Notes under the pieces: model-generated | Told to the model about the DNA's origin: nothing | What the model saw: only the letters and a program-made list of their open reading frames with translations | Database searches by the model: none | DNA from: an uncultured bacterium | Lineage (GTDB): Bacteria > Patescibacteriota > Minisyncoccia > Phycocordibacterales > Phycocordibacteraceae | Direction: 5' to 3' | Assembly: GCA_947085985.1 (NCBI GenBank) | Contig: CAMTYL010000004.1 | Location: forward strand, 61,547 to 125,546 | DNA length: 64,000 bases | In this document: piece after piece, positions 29,107 to 39,760 of the stretch | Layout: each line of letters starts with the position of its first letter | How positions within the stretch are numbered: position 1 is the first letter of the stretch | Program-made: the position numbers and the translations under genes

Positions 29107-29199
29107 TGGGAAATCACTTTCGGAGATGGGGGTTCCGACGGCCTGAAGCAGGGCGACGGTGGAACCACCATCATCGGAGACGGCGGCACCAAGATCTAG
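29107..29199 (+). CDS. candidate 30-aa small peptide MWEITFGDGGSDGLKQGDGGTTIIGDGGTKI
   Basis: three GDGG repeats; possible extended -10 TGcTATATT about 35 nt upstream; terminator just downstream; alternative 74-aa reading from GTG 28975 adds a CxxxCxxxxCxxC motif. Confidence 0.3.
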   Translation, partial: WEITFGDGGSDGLKQGDGGTTIIGDGGTKI

Positions 29200-29218
29200 C
29201 CGTCCCCGCCCAGAATGG

Positions 29219-29250
29219 GACCCGGCGCGGATGCGCCGGGTCTTTCTCAT
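29219..29250 (+). terminator. rho-independent terminator
   Basis: GACCCGGCGC-ggat-GCGCCGGGTC then TTTCTCAT. Confidence 0.55.
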
Positions 29251-29259
29251 ATACAGTTT

Positions 29260-29286
29260 GGGCCGCGAGCGTGTTGCTCGCGGCCC
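29260..29286. terminator. 11-bp perfect hairpin GGGCCGCGAGC-gtgtt-GCTCGCGGCCC just after the 77-aa gene
   Basis: seen directly; no clear T-tract on either strand. Confidence 0.4.
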
Positions 29287-29288
29287 TG

Positions 29289-29522
29289 TTAATGAGGTAT
29301 GCAGTGCGGGGACACGTACCGGTGGGTTTTCTTGCTCTTCCAGCGAAGAGAATTGTCACACCAGTACACTTCTCGAGCCCTCATCGGAGTAGGCTCATAA
29401 TCCCGATGATGTTCTGGGTTCGGGTGCAGAGCCTTCCCTATCCGATGGTTTCGATCATACTCTCGCTGTCGCTCCGCCGTCGGCTTTCCGCCGCCAGGCA
29501 CATTGCGGTTATTACCGTACAT
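29289..29522 (-). CDS. hypothetical 77-aa basic, His-rich protein
   Basis: SD GAAGGAGAG 5 nt upstream of the ATG; convergent with the small peptide gene. Confidence 0.45.
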   Translation of the reverse strand: MYGNNRNVPGGGKPTAERQREYDRNHRIGKALHPNPEHHRDYEPTPMRAREVYWCDNSLRWKSKKTHRYVSPHCIPH

Positions 29523-29585
29523 CTACTCTCCTTCTCTACCGATGAACAGAGGGGAGCATACCGCGCTTTGTGCGAAAGGAAAAGC

Positions 29586-29613
29586 AAAAACCGCCCCTTG
29601 CGGGGCGGTTTTT
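29586..29613. terminator. bidirectional terminator immediately after rpsJ
   Basis: AAAAA-CCGCCCC-ttgc-GGGGCGG-TTTTT. Confidence 0.65.
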
Positions 29614-29635
29614 GCTTTTGTTATCCGAGCGAATC

Positions 29636-29998
29636 TTACACCATCTTCACGTCGATAGTAACACCAGACGGAAGGTTGAGGTTGGTAAGGGCTTCAATAA
29701 CCTTCGCGTTTGGCGAGAGGATATCGATAAGACGCTTGTGGATACGCATCTCGAACTGCTCGCGCGCGTCCTTGTGAACGAACGTTGAGCGGTTCACGGT
29801 CCAACGCTTGATTTCCGTTGGAAGCGGTACGGGTCCTACAATCTTCGCATCAAAGCGATTTGCGGTGTCCATAATCTGCTTCACCGAAACATCAAGAATC
29901 TTGTGCTCGTAGGCACGCACCCGGATGCGTAGCTTCGGCTCTGCAGGAGCCTCCGCTGTAGCGGCCTTCTTGACGGTCTTTTTCGCGGTTGTTGCCAT
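29636..29998 (-). CDS. rpsJ: 30S ribosomal protein S10
   Basis: KLRIRVRAYEHKILD core; start taken at ATG 29998 (ORF reaches TTG 30028). Confidence 0.9.
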   Translation of the reverse strand: MATTAKKTVKKAATAEAPAEPKLRIRVRAYEHKILDVSVKQIMDTANRFDAKIVGPVPLPTEIKRWTVNRSTFVHKDAREQFEMRIHKRLIDILSPNAKVIEALTNLNLPSGVTIDVKMV

Positions 29999-30020
29999 AC
30001 GAGTAAGAATTAGATTGGAT

Positions 30021-31223
30021 TTAGGCAACGATCTTCGTTACCACACCTGCTCCAACCGTCTTGCCACCCTCACGGATAGCGAAGTGCTGAGACTCCTCAA
30101 GCGCGATAGGCGCAGTGAGCTTTACCTTGAAGGTAACGGTGTCTCCCGGCATAACCATCTCCTTTCCTTCTGGAAGGGTCACCTCACCTGTTACGTCCGT
30201 TGTGCGAACGTAGAACTGAGGCTTGTAACCAGAGAAGAATGGAGTGTGACGTCCTCCCTCGTCCTTACCAAGGATGTATACCTCGGCTTCAAAGTCAGTA
30301 CGAGGAGCAACGGATCCCGGCTTCGCGATAACCTGACCGCGATGCACGTCCTCCTTCTTAGTACCGCGGAGCAAGATTCCTGCGTTGTCTCCAGCCATAC
30401 CTTCGGTGAGCTGCTTGTTGAACATCTCAATACCGGTAATGGTGGTCTTTGCAGTTGGGTGGAGGCCGATGATTTCAACTTCCTCTCCCACCTTGATAAC
30501 ACCGCGCTCGATACGACCAGTGATAACTGTTCCGCGTCCTTCAATTGAGAACACGTCCTCAACAGGCATTAGGAATGGCTTGTCGGTCTCGCGAACTGGG
30601 TCTGGGAAGTATGAGTCCATCGTGTCGACGAGCTCCTTCACCTTAAGTGCCCACTCATCGTTAGCATCAGTTGCCTCAAGTCCCTTAAGACCTGATCCCT
30701 TGATGATAGGAGTAGTAGCACCATCGTAGCCGTTCTTGGTGAGAAGCTCACGCATCTCCTCTTCAACGAGCTCTACCATGTCAGCGTCCTCTACCATGTC
30801 TACCTTGTTGAGGAAGATGATAAGACGAGGCACACCAACGTTCTTTGCAAGAAGAATGTGCTCGCGGGTCTGAGGCATAGCACCGTCAGTTGCGGCAACT
30901 ACGAGTACTGCACCATCCATCTGGGCAGCTCCCGTAATCATGTTCTTGATGTAGTCGGCGTGGCCTGGCGCGTCAATGTGCGCGTAGTGGCGATTTGGTG
31001 ACTCGTACTCTGAGTGGTGAAGGGCGATGGTGATTCCACGAGCCTTTTCCTCAGGTGCGTTGTCGATGTTTTCAATCTTCTCAGCGCGGGCCTTGTAGCC
31101 TGCAGCTGCGTTCAGGTTGAGAACGTTAAGAATACCGGCAGTGAGCGTAGTCTTACCATGGTCCACGTGACCGATGGTTCCTACGTTCATGTGCGGCTTG
31201 CTGCGGTCGAATGCGTCTGCCAT
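30021..31223 (-). CDS. tuf: elongation factor Tu
   Basis: [24 protein letters not shown]. Confidence 0.97.
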   Translation of the reverse strand: MADAFDRSKPHMNVGTIGHVDHGKTTLTAGILNVLNLNAAAGYKARAEKIENIDNAPEEKARGITIALHHSEYESPNRHYAHIDAPGHADYIKNMITGAAQMDGAVLVVAATDGAMPQTREHILLAKNVGVPRLIIFLNKVDMVEDADMVELVEEEMRELLTKNGYDGATTPIIKGSGLKGLEATDANDEWALKVKELVDTMDSYFPDPVRETDKPFLMPVEDVFSIEGRGTVITGRIERGVIKVGEEVEIIGLHPTAKTTITGIEMFNKQLTEGMAGDNAGILLRGTKKEDVHRGQVIAKPGSVAPRTDFEAEVYILGKDEGGRHTPFFSGYKPQFYVRTTDVTGEVTLPEGKEMVMPGDTVTFKVKLTAPIALEESQHFAIREGGKTVGAGVVTKIVA

Positions 31224-31497
31224 ACGTTTGTAAATTACTGGTAGCTAAATTTGTGTAATTTCGCTGCCGCGCCTGCCTGCCAGCCGGGGATGGCAGCAGG
31301 CGACCAAGGCGCAGACACGAACTTTCCGCGCAACGCCTTTCAGCCACCCCCTGCCTCCCTGTGGAGACCTGGAATACTAAAAAGAGCGCCGTTCTCGCGT
31401 TACTAGTAAAAGTACCCGAGCGAATACTAAAGGTCAAGGCCCTTTTAGAGCCTTGCAACTACGAAGGGGCGGCCAGATGGCCGCCCCTACTCTACTT

Positions 31498-31740
31498 CTA
31501 GCGCGCCAAGGCGAACCGTCGGTGCGATGTGTACCGCTTTGGAGCAACCTCAGCCCGATACGGCTTATTGCCGAGCTCCGGTCCCAGGTACGCAGGAACG
31601 GGAGTCGGCTTTTCCGGTCTGCTACGCCGGGCGCCGTGCCGTAGCGGGTAGCGACCCGGGAACGCCAAGCGCACAAGCGCAAACGGCACAAAAAAGAACA
31701 TGTACAACCGGAATATCCGGTCACTGATAGCTGCAATCAT
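31498..31740 (-). CDS. hypothetical 80-aa membrane-anchored basic protein (could instead be a non-coding GC-rich leader)
   Basis: SD GGGAGGAAG upstream; palindrome GGGGCGGCCAGATGGCCGCCCC downstream. Confidence 0.35.
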   Translation of the reverse strand: MIAAISDRIFRLYMFFFVPFALVRLAFPGRYPLRHGARRSRPEKPTPVPAYLGPELGNKPYRAEVAPKRYTSHRRFALAR

Positions 31741-31769
31741 AGCTTCCTCCCTGCCCAGGCGAGCATACT

Positions 31770-31809
31770 ACCACAAAAATTCATCCCCCGGCCACGCTGT
31801 GGCCGGGGG
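31770..31809 (-). terminator. rho-independent terminator after the 95-aa gene
   Basis: CCCCCGGCCAC-gct-GTGGCCGGGGG followed, on the minus strand, by TGAATTTTTGTGG. Confidence 0.6.
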
Positions 31810-31821
31810 ATACTTGGTGGT

Positions 31822-32109
31822 CTAACGGCAGCCCCACCCGCCGCAGGGGCGTCTGACGCCCCGATTGGGCACCTCGCGAGCTGGAATGGAGCGCCCAAGA
31901 GCGCGAGGCGGCTGCGGAAAGGTCTCCCAGATGGTCTTCTCGCGAATGAGTTCTGCCCGGATGAGCTGCTCCAGCGCGAAGAGTGCCGAATCTGCGCGCG
32001 GAAAGACCATCAGTACGGACCCTTCAGTCGCCACAATCGTGCGACTGAAAATCGGCGATTGGTCGGTATCATCCACGACGATAATGCCAGACGAATTAAC
32101 TGGGCTCAT
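31822..32109 (-). CDS. hypothetical 95-aa protein between fusA and tuf
   Basis: SD GAGGGAGGTG upstream of the ATG; C-terminal CGGWGC. Confidence 0.5.
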   Translation of the reverse strand: MSPVNSSGIIVVDDTDQSPIFSRTIVATEGSVLMVFPRADSALFALEQLIRAELIREKTIWETFPQPPRALGRSIPAREVPNRGVRRPCGGWGCR

Positions 32110-32200
32110 GCCCACCTCCCTCTTAGTTACATTTCCCAGAGAGACCATATCACAAAAGCCGCCAAATGGCGGCTTTTGTGCTACTTCGCTGCAAAACAGT

Positions 32201-34348
<2,148 letters not shown>

Positions 34349-34422
34349 AGATGGGAATAAATAAAATAAAAGCCGCCAGGGCGTTATCTACAAGATACGT
34401 AATCTAAGGACAAAAAGCAAAC

Positions 34423-34451
34423 GGGCGCGAACCAAGTTTTGGTTCGCGCCC
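34423..34451 (-). terminator. terminator after the NlpC/P60 gene
   Basis: 13-bp perfect stem GGGCGCGAACCAA / TTGGTTCGCGCCC followed, on the minus strand, by a T-rich run. Confidence 0.6.
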
Positions 34452-34458
34452 AGGTGAG

Positions 34459-35346
34459 CTAGTTCACGTCGCGTGCAACAATCGGGAGCCCGCGCTCGTC
34501 AACGACGTTCTCGTATCGCTCAGTAATCACGCGTCCAGCGTTGCCGCTCGCATGCACTACGTAGTCACGACCCAGACTGATGGCCACGTGCCCCTCCCAG
34601 AACAATAACTGGTCCCTGGTCCAGGAACCGAGTTCTCCGGGCTTAGGCACTTCCGCTTCCTTGCCGAGCGACATTTGCATGTCGGCGTCGCGCGGCACCT
34701 TCCGGCCCAAGGCATGGAACCCTAGCTGGACGAGCGCCGAGCAGTCTAGGCCGAGCGCCGTACTCCTCGCAGCCCAGACATACGGCACACCGAGCATTTT
34801 GTACGCCGCCGTTGCTGGACCAACATAGTCCAACTCCTTCTCTTCAAAGAAGCCCCGATGCAGAGGGAGCAAGGTATCTTCTTTCACCCACCCCACACCA
34901 GGAATCTCCGAGAAGCCATTCTGTAGCCTCGCGACATGCACCTCGGTCCACAGACCAAGGCGCTCGAAGGTCGGAAGGGTATGACTCGGACCCGCGTATA
35001 CGAGCGCGGAGAGGGCCGTCACCCGGTGTGTAAGCACGGGCGCTGGTCGCTCCGACAGGTTGAAGTCCTCCGTGCGCGCAAACCCCACGTAGGAGTCGTG
35101 TTCGCACTGGACCATGACCCAGCTCGAACGGTGCGGATACAACACCGCCTTCTCGTTTAGGTTGAGCATACTGACCCGGGACGAACGTGGGTCGGGTTCC
35201 TCGTGAAGAAAGATTTGTGGCTTCTTAACACGAGCCGCACTGCCTTCTACATAGAACCGGGCATTGATACCAGCAGATCCGCGCAGATGCACGGCCGCCA
35301 GACCATCCCGAAACGGCAGGACACGCTTATCTACAACGTTCTGCAT
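34459..35346 (-). CDS. NlpC/P60 (C40) cell-wall endopeptidase with N-terminal SH3-like domains, inserted between rpsG and fusA
   Basis: catalytic Cys in GLDCSALVQ and His in WEGHVAI; GC3-rich (~63% GC). Confidence 0.75.
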   Translation of the reverse strand: MQNVVDKRVLPFRDGLAAVHLRGSAGINARFYVEGSAARVKKPQIFLHEEPDPRSSRVSMLNLNEKAVLYPHRSSWVMVQCEHDSYVGFARTEDFNLSERPAPVLTHRVTALSALVYAGPSHTLPTFERLGLWTEVHVARLQNGFSEIPGVGWVKEDTLLPLHRGFFEEKELDYVGPATAAYKMLGVPYVWAARSTALGLDCSALVQLGFHALGRKVPRDADMQMSLGKEAEVPKPGELGSWTRDQLLFWEGHVAISLGRDYVVHASGNAGRVITERYENVVDERGLPIVARDVN

Positions 35347-35425
35347 TTCTGTCTCCATCCAATCTGTCCAGGCACGGGTGCCGGAACTCCGGTTGAAGCT
35401 TCAATCCAAGACCCTTAAAAGTCAA

Positions 35426-35453
35426 CAAAAAGCGCCCTCTCGGGCGCTTTTTT
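35426..35453. terminator. bidirectional terminator downstream of rpsG
   Basis: AAAAAGCGCCC-tctc-GGGCGCTTTTT. Confidence 0.65.
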
Positions 35454-35586
35454 ATTCTTACGGGGCGAGGAAAAATGCCTGTATACCAGGCGCAAGAAGT
35501 AGAGTTCTCGAAGTGTGCGCGACTGTACAGTGAGAGAAGTCTACGCATTTGCAACGCAGTAGACAGGTATTTTAACCGACCCGTCT

Positions 35587-36051
35587 CTACCAAGCGAAGT
35601 GAGCGAAGGCCTTGTTCGCATCCGCCATGCGGTGCATGTCGTCGCGCTTCTTGATAGCTGAACCTTCGTTCTTGGCAGCTAGGAGGATTTCCTCTGCAAG
35701 CTTGTCAGCCATAGGCTTTCCCTTCTTAGCGCGCGCCGCGTTGATGAGCCAACGGTATGCAAGAGATGTACGGCGCTGCTGTGGTACCTCGCGAGGAACC
35801 TGGTAGTTAGCACCTCCCACACGACGTGAGCGCACTTCCATAAGTGGAGCAACGTTTCTAATTGCCGTCTCAAACGTCTCAAGTGGGTCCAACTCAGCGG
35901 CCTTGATTTTATCAAGCGCGTCGTAGACCACCTTAGTTGCGGTGTCCTTCTTTCCGTCCCACATAACCGTGTTGATGAAGCGTGAAATAGCTTCTGAACC
36001 GTACACGAGGTCAGGACGACGAGGATACTTGTTTTTTACGGGATGACGCAT
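35587..36051 (-). CDS. rpsG: 30S ribosomal protein S7
   Basis: S7 consensus. Confidence 0.95.
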   Translation of the reverse strand: MRHPVKNKYPRRPDLVYGSEAISRFINTVMWDGKKDTATKVVYDALDKIKAAELDPLETFETAIRNVAPLMEVRSRRVGGANYQVPREVPQQRRTSLAYRWLINAARAKKGKPMADKLAEEILLAAKNEGSAIKKRDDMHRMADANKAFAHFAW

Positions 36052-36069
36052 GGTAGTAGAAAAATAAAA

Positions 36070-36480
36070 CTAAGCCTTAGGCTTCTTAGCACCGTACTTA
36101 GAACGGCCACGGCGACGCTTATCAATACCTGCGGTATCAAGACGACCACGCACGATGGTGTACTGCACGCCAATGTCCTTCACGCGACCACCACGAAGGG
36201 TGACCACTGAGTGCTCCTGGAGGTTGTGACCCTCACCTGGGATGTAGGCAGTAACCTCCATACCGTTGGTAAGGCGCACACGAGCAATCTTACGAATAGC
36301 CGAGTTTGGCTTGCGAGGAGTCTTGGTCGTTACCTTCACACATACACCGCGCTTGAAAGGAGACGCGTAAAAGGTTGGACGGTTCTTAAGAGTGTTAAAA
36401 CCACGTCCAAGTGCCACCACCTTCGTCTTACGAGCGGTGGTCTTGCGCGCCTTCTTTGTGAGCTGCTGAATTGTTGCCAT
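36070..36480 (-). CDS. rpsL: 30S ribosomal protein S12
   Basis: [13 protein letters not shown] ... S12 core; start taken at ATG 36480. Confidence 0.95.
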   Translation of the reverse strand: MATIQQLTKKARKTTARKTKVVALGRGFNTLKNRPTFYASPFKRGVCVKVTTKTPRKPNSAIRKIARVRLTNGMEVTAYIPGEGHNLQEHSVVTLRGGRVKDIGVQYTIVRGRLDTAGIDKRRRGRSKYGAKKPKA

Positions 36481-36584
36481 GTGTAGATAAAAACCCCCGC
36501 TTGGGAGCTCCATGGACTATATACGGACCAGTAAATAAATGCAACCTACTTTCGCAGCAGAAACAGCGCACGACGGCCAGATAC

Positions 36585-36613
36585 TTGACTTTTTGAACAG
36601 CATGTGCTAATAT
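36585..36613 (+). promoter_or_regulatory. near-consensus sigma70-type promoter TTGACT-17-TAATAT for the XRE gene
   Basis: hexamers and 17-nt spacing read directly; SD AAGGGAGGG follows. Confidence 0.6.
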
Positions 36614-36642
36614 ATATATTCCGTTAACCAAGGGAGGGCCAC

Positions 36643-37140
36643 ATGGCCTTTGATAGCAGTTCTTCTGAAAATACGACCCTCGACGCTTCGGCGGCCGAAA
36701 CGACTGGCCGTTCCCCCAACCCGGTGGACCTGCACGTCGGCGGACGCATCCGCATGCGCCGCCGGCTGCTCGGCGTCAGCCAGGAACTCCTCGCCGACGA
36801 CCTCGGCCTGACCTTCCAGCAGGTGCAGAAGTACGAGCGCGGCGCAAACCGCGTCTCGGCGTCCAAGCTGTACGAAGTCGCCAAGAGCCTGCAGACCTCG
36901 ATCGGCTACTTCTTCGACGGCCTCAACGACCCGGCGACGGCCAAAGCCGACGGCGTAACCGACAGCGGCGCCGAGCTGACCATCCACGACTTCCTGATGA
37001 CTTCGGAAGGACTGGAGCTGGCCCAGCTCTTCCCCAAAATCAAGAAGGGGGGCGTTCGCCGGCGGATCCTCGACCTGGCTCGCGTCATGGTCGAGGATGA
37101 AGAAGTCGCTGAAGACGACGAAGATCGCGCCGCCCCCTAG
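36643..37140 (+). CDS. XRE-family helix-turn-helix transcriptional regulator with acidic C-terminal tail; GC3-rich, foreign-looking
   Basis: HTH_3 block GRIRMRRRLLGVSQELLADDLGLTFQQVQKYERGANRVSASKLYEVA; ~67% GC. Confidence 0.75.
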   Translation: MAFDSSSSENTTLDASAAETTGRSPNPVDLHVGGRIRMRRRLLGVSQELLADDLGLTFQQVQKYERGANRVSASKLYEVAKSLQTSIGYFFDGLNDPATAKADGVTDSGAELTIHDFLMTSEGLELAQLFPKIKKGGVRRRILDLARVMVEDEEVAEDDEDRAAP

Positions 37141-37164
37141 AACCTGGGCGCCGGCACAACATCA

Positions 37165-37203
37165 GGGGCGGTTCCGCAACGCGGAACCGCCCCTTTTCTT
37201 TTT
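37165..37203 (+). terminator. rho-independent terminator
   Basis: GGGGCGGTTCCGC-aa-GCGGAACCGCCCC then TTTTCTTTTT. Confidence 0.7.
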
Positions 37204-37212
37204 ATATACTCG

Positions 37213-37839
37213 CTACCCTACGAGGAGGTGGTAACAAAAACGCACAAACGCAAAGAATGGTGCGGAGAAGAACTGCATGAGGATAAAAAGCACCAAAATA
37301 AGGACGAAAATGCCCCCAGCCCGCATCCTGTCTTCAAGACGAGCCATGACCATGCTCATTTTATACGGAACAATGCCACGTAGCACGGTGTAGCCATCGA
37401 GTGGTGGAATGGGTATCAAATTAAATAGACCCAGAGAAAGGTTCACCAGAACAACGATGGCTGCCAGACTGGCGAACTCGCCCATCCCCTGCATCACTGC
37501 AACGCGCGCAATAATGGCAAACAGCACTGCGATGAGCAGGTTGGTGGCTACACCCGCCACCCCAACAAACGCTTCGCCCCAACGCTGATTGCGCAGATTG
37601 TATGGGTTATAGGGCACCGGCTTTGCCCAGCCGAAGAGAATGCCTGCCTGGGTGAACACCAAAATGGCCGGAATAATGATTGAGCCCAAGATATCTACGT
37701 GCGGAATCGGGTTTAGCGTGAGGCGGCCTGCCAGCTTTGCGGTAGGGTCGCCAAGAGACTGCGCAGCGTAGCCGTGGGCCACTTCATGCAGAATGATGGA
37801 GAATATGAGCACTATAATGGTGAAAATGGCTATTTCCAT
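37213..37839 (-). CDS. site-2 protease family zinc metalloprotease (M50)
   Basis: HEVAHG HExxH motif in a TM helix, LNPIPHVD. Confidence 0.8.
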   Translation of the reverse strand: MEIAIFTIIVLIFSIILHEVAHGYAAQSLGDPTAKLAGRLTLNPIPHVDILGSIIIPAILVFTQAGILFGWAKPVPYNPYNLRNQRWGEAFVGVAGVATNLLIAVLFAIIARVAVMQGMGEFASLAAIVVLVNLSLGLFNLIPIPPLDGYTVLRGIVPYKMSMVMARLEDRMRAGGIFVLILVLFILMQFFSAPFFAFVRFCYHLLVG

Positions 37840-37906
37840 GGTGGATTATTGAATGGCGGCAGTACTGTTGCCTATTTAGATGAGTATATGCTAGCATGCA
37901 GGAACT

Positions 37907-38149
37907 ATGGCACGCGAATGCGCAGTAACAGGAAAGACAACTCAAGTAGGCGGACGGTACTCTAACCGTACGCGTGCTACTCAGTTCAACCCAACGGGAA
38001 AGGTGCGCCGCCAGGCAAACCTCCACAAGCGCCGCATTTTCGTAGCGGAGCTCGGAAAGACTATCCTTGTGACCATCTCTGCAAAGGGTATGCGCCACAT
38101 CAAGAAGAACGGCGCGCACGCGACGCTCTCCAAAGCTGGAGTCATCTAG
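37907..38149 (+). CDS. rpmB: 50S ribosomal protein L28
   Basis: MARECAVTGKTTQVGGRYSNRTRATQFNPTGKVRRQANL. Confidence 0.9.
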   Translation: MARECAVTGKTTQVGGRYSNRTRATQFNPTGKVRRQANLHKRRIFVAELGKTILVTISAKGMRHIKKNGAHATLSKAGVI

Positions 38150-38157
38150 CAGACAAG

Positions 38158-38189
38158 AAAAGCCGGGCCCCTACGGGCCCGGCTTTTTC
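38158..38189. terminator. bidirectional terminator
   Basis: AAAAGCCGGGCCC-ctac-GGGCCCGGCTTTT. Confidence 0.65.
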
Positions 38190-39052
38190 TATTTCCGTCT
38201 CCACAAACTGACACCATCACTCACGAACGTTATTGTGCCCTCCTCTATAGTAGAGACGACTGCTGCACCTTGGCGTTCAATTCTTTGCAGCACCTCGGGA
38301 GCTGGGTGCCCATGGGTATTTTCCTTTCCAGCAGACACGACCACCACGCTCGGTGCTACCTGTGACAGCCACTTCGCGCTCGTAGAATATTTTGACCCAT
38401 GGTGCCCTGCCTTAAGCACATCACTTTTAAGCGAACCATCACCGACCTTCACAAGAGTGTCCTCTACGTTTGAAGACAAGTCTCCCGTCAGAAGAAACGA
38501 CGTGTCTCCATACACAACCCGAAGTGCGATAGACGCGTCGTTAGTCGCTTTCAAGCGCGACACATCTTTGTTCGGGTAGAGGACCTCCATGTACGCTCCT
38601 CCTCCGAGAGAAATTTTCTGACCTGCGTGAGCTAGGTACGATTGCAGCCCCGACTCGTTCGCAACCGTTGCCACGAATCGGTCGTACCCGTCCGTATCAC
38701 TTGCAAGTCCAGGTGTCAGTAACGTGTCTACGTCATACAACAGAAACACATCGGACAATCCTCCGATGTGGTCCTTGTCAGGGTGCGTGGCGACAACCAT
38801 ATCAAGCTGTCTATCAAGGGGACCCATGATGCGCGGCAACTCGCGCACAACACTTCTGTCAGGTCCACCGTCAACAAGCACATTCACACCAGTTGGCCCT
38901 TCAATGAGAATCGCGTCGCCCTGTCCCACATCAAGAAACGAAACGGTGAGCACTCCTGATTGGCGCGCAGAAAGTTGCACCACAACGAGAGCATTCACTA
39001 TCACCAACCCCGCAAGAAATACCCCGAGCACCAGTGCTCTTCGTTGCTTCAT
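38189..39052 (-). CDS. ComEC-type MBL-fold domain protein (stand-alone C-terminal metallo-beta-lactamase domain of ComEC/Rec2)
   Basis: TM anchor; LDVGQGDAILIE, HPDKDH, GHHGS motifs. Confidence 0.75.
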   Translation of the reverse strand: MKQRRALVLGVFLAGLVIVNALVVVQLSARQSGVLTVSFLDVGQGDAILIEGPTGVNVLVDGGPDRSVVRELPRIMGPLDRQLDMVVATHPDKDHIGGLSDVFLLYDVDTLLTPGLASDTDGYDRFVATVANESGLQSYLAHAGQKISLGGGAYMEVLYPNKDVSRLKATNDASIALRVVYGDTSFLLTGDLSSNVEDTLVKVGDGSLKSDVLKAGHHGSKYSTSAKWLSQVAPSVVVVSAGKENTHGHPAPEVLQRIERQGAAVVSTIEEGTITFVSDGVSLWRRK

Positions 39053-39122
39053 GTCTATAAGTATAGGGTCGTGCAAGTTGTTTGTGCTGGGGTATACTCC
39101 AAACGTCTAAGAACCCTTACCT

Positions 39123-39710
39123 ATGTACACCGCAAAAACATTTTCACTTCCTGAACTTACCGGCCTCTCACCAAAGCAAATTGAGGTTCACCTCGCTCTC
39201 TACCAGGGCTACGCGAAGCACACCAATCTCATCATGGAGAAGATTGAAAAGCTTCGTGAAGAAGATGCAGCCGAGAACGCTTACGTCATCAACGAACTTC
39301 GTCGTCGTCTTGGATTTGAGTTTGATGGCATGCGCATGCACGAGTACTACTTTGAACAACTTGAAGGAGGCGCAGCCGACATCACCAGTGGCTCGTTTGC
39401 AACACTTGCCGAGAAACGCTACGGAAGTTGGGACGGATTTATTTCGCACCTTCATGAAGTCGCGGGCACTCGCGGCATTGGCTGGGTAGTCGTCTACTTT
39501 GACACTGTTGCAAACACGCTCCACACGGCGTTTGTAAACGACCACGAGCTAGGACAACTATCAGGACTTCCAGTTATGTTTGCGATTGATTTGTGGGAGC
39601 ACGCGTACATGGTGGACTACATTCCTGCAGAAAAGAAAACGTACGTTGAAGCATTTCTATCAAACGTAAATTGGAACGTGGTAGAGGCGCGCGCAGCAGT
39701 GGTAGTGTAG
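39123..39710 (+). CDS. sodA: Fe/Mn superoxide dismutase
   Basis: all four metal ligands alignable (IEVH, MHEYYF, DLWEHAYM). Confidence 0.75.
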   Translation: MYTAKTFSLPELTGLSPKQIEVHLALYQGYAKHTNLIMEKIEKLREEDAAENAYVINELRRRLGFEFDGMRMHEYYFEQLEGGAADITSGSFATLAEKRYGSWDGFISHLHEVAGTRGIGWVVVYFDTVANTLHTAFVNDHELGQLSGLPVMFAIDLWEHAYMVDYIPAEKKTYVEAFLSNVNWNVVEARAAVVV

Positions 39711-39721
39711 AGATTTTTTTC

Positions 39722-39760
39722 AACTACCCCGCACCCCTTGGGTGCGGGGTAGTTTTTGTA
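39722..39760. terminator. bidirectional terminator overlapping the comEC stop codon
   Basis: AACTACCCCGCACCC-cttg-GGTGCGGGGTAGTT then TTTTGTAT. Confidence 0.65.

Noticed and set aside
31224-31820. GC-rich 600-bp tuf-fusA spacer as RNase P RNA, tmRNA, SRP RNA or 6S RNA
   Set aside because: No P4 helix consensus, no tmRNA tag/acceptor ends, and no SRP domain IV motif could be found by eye. It is kept as two low-confidence small ORFs with a note that a non-coding leader is possible.
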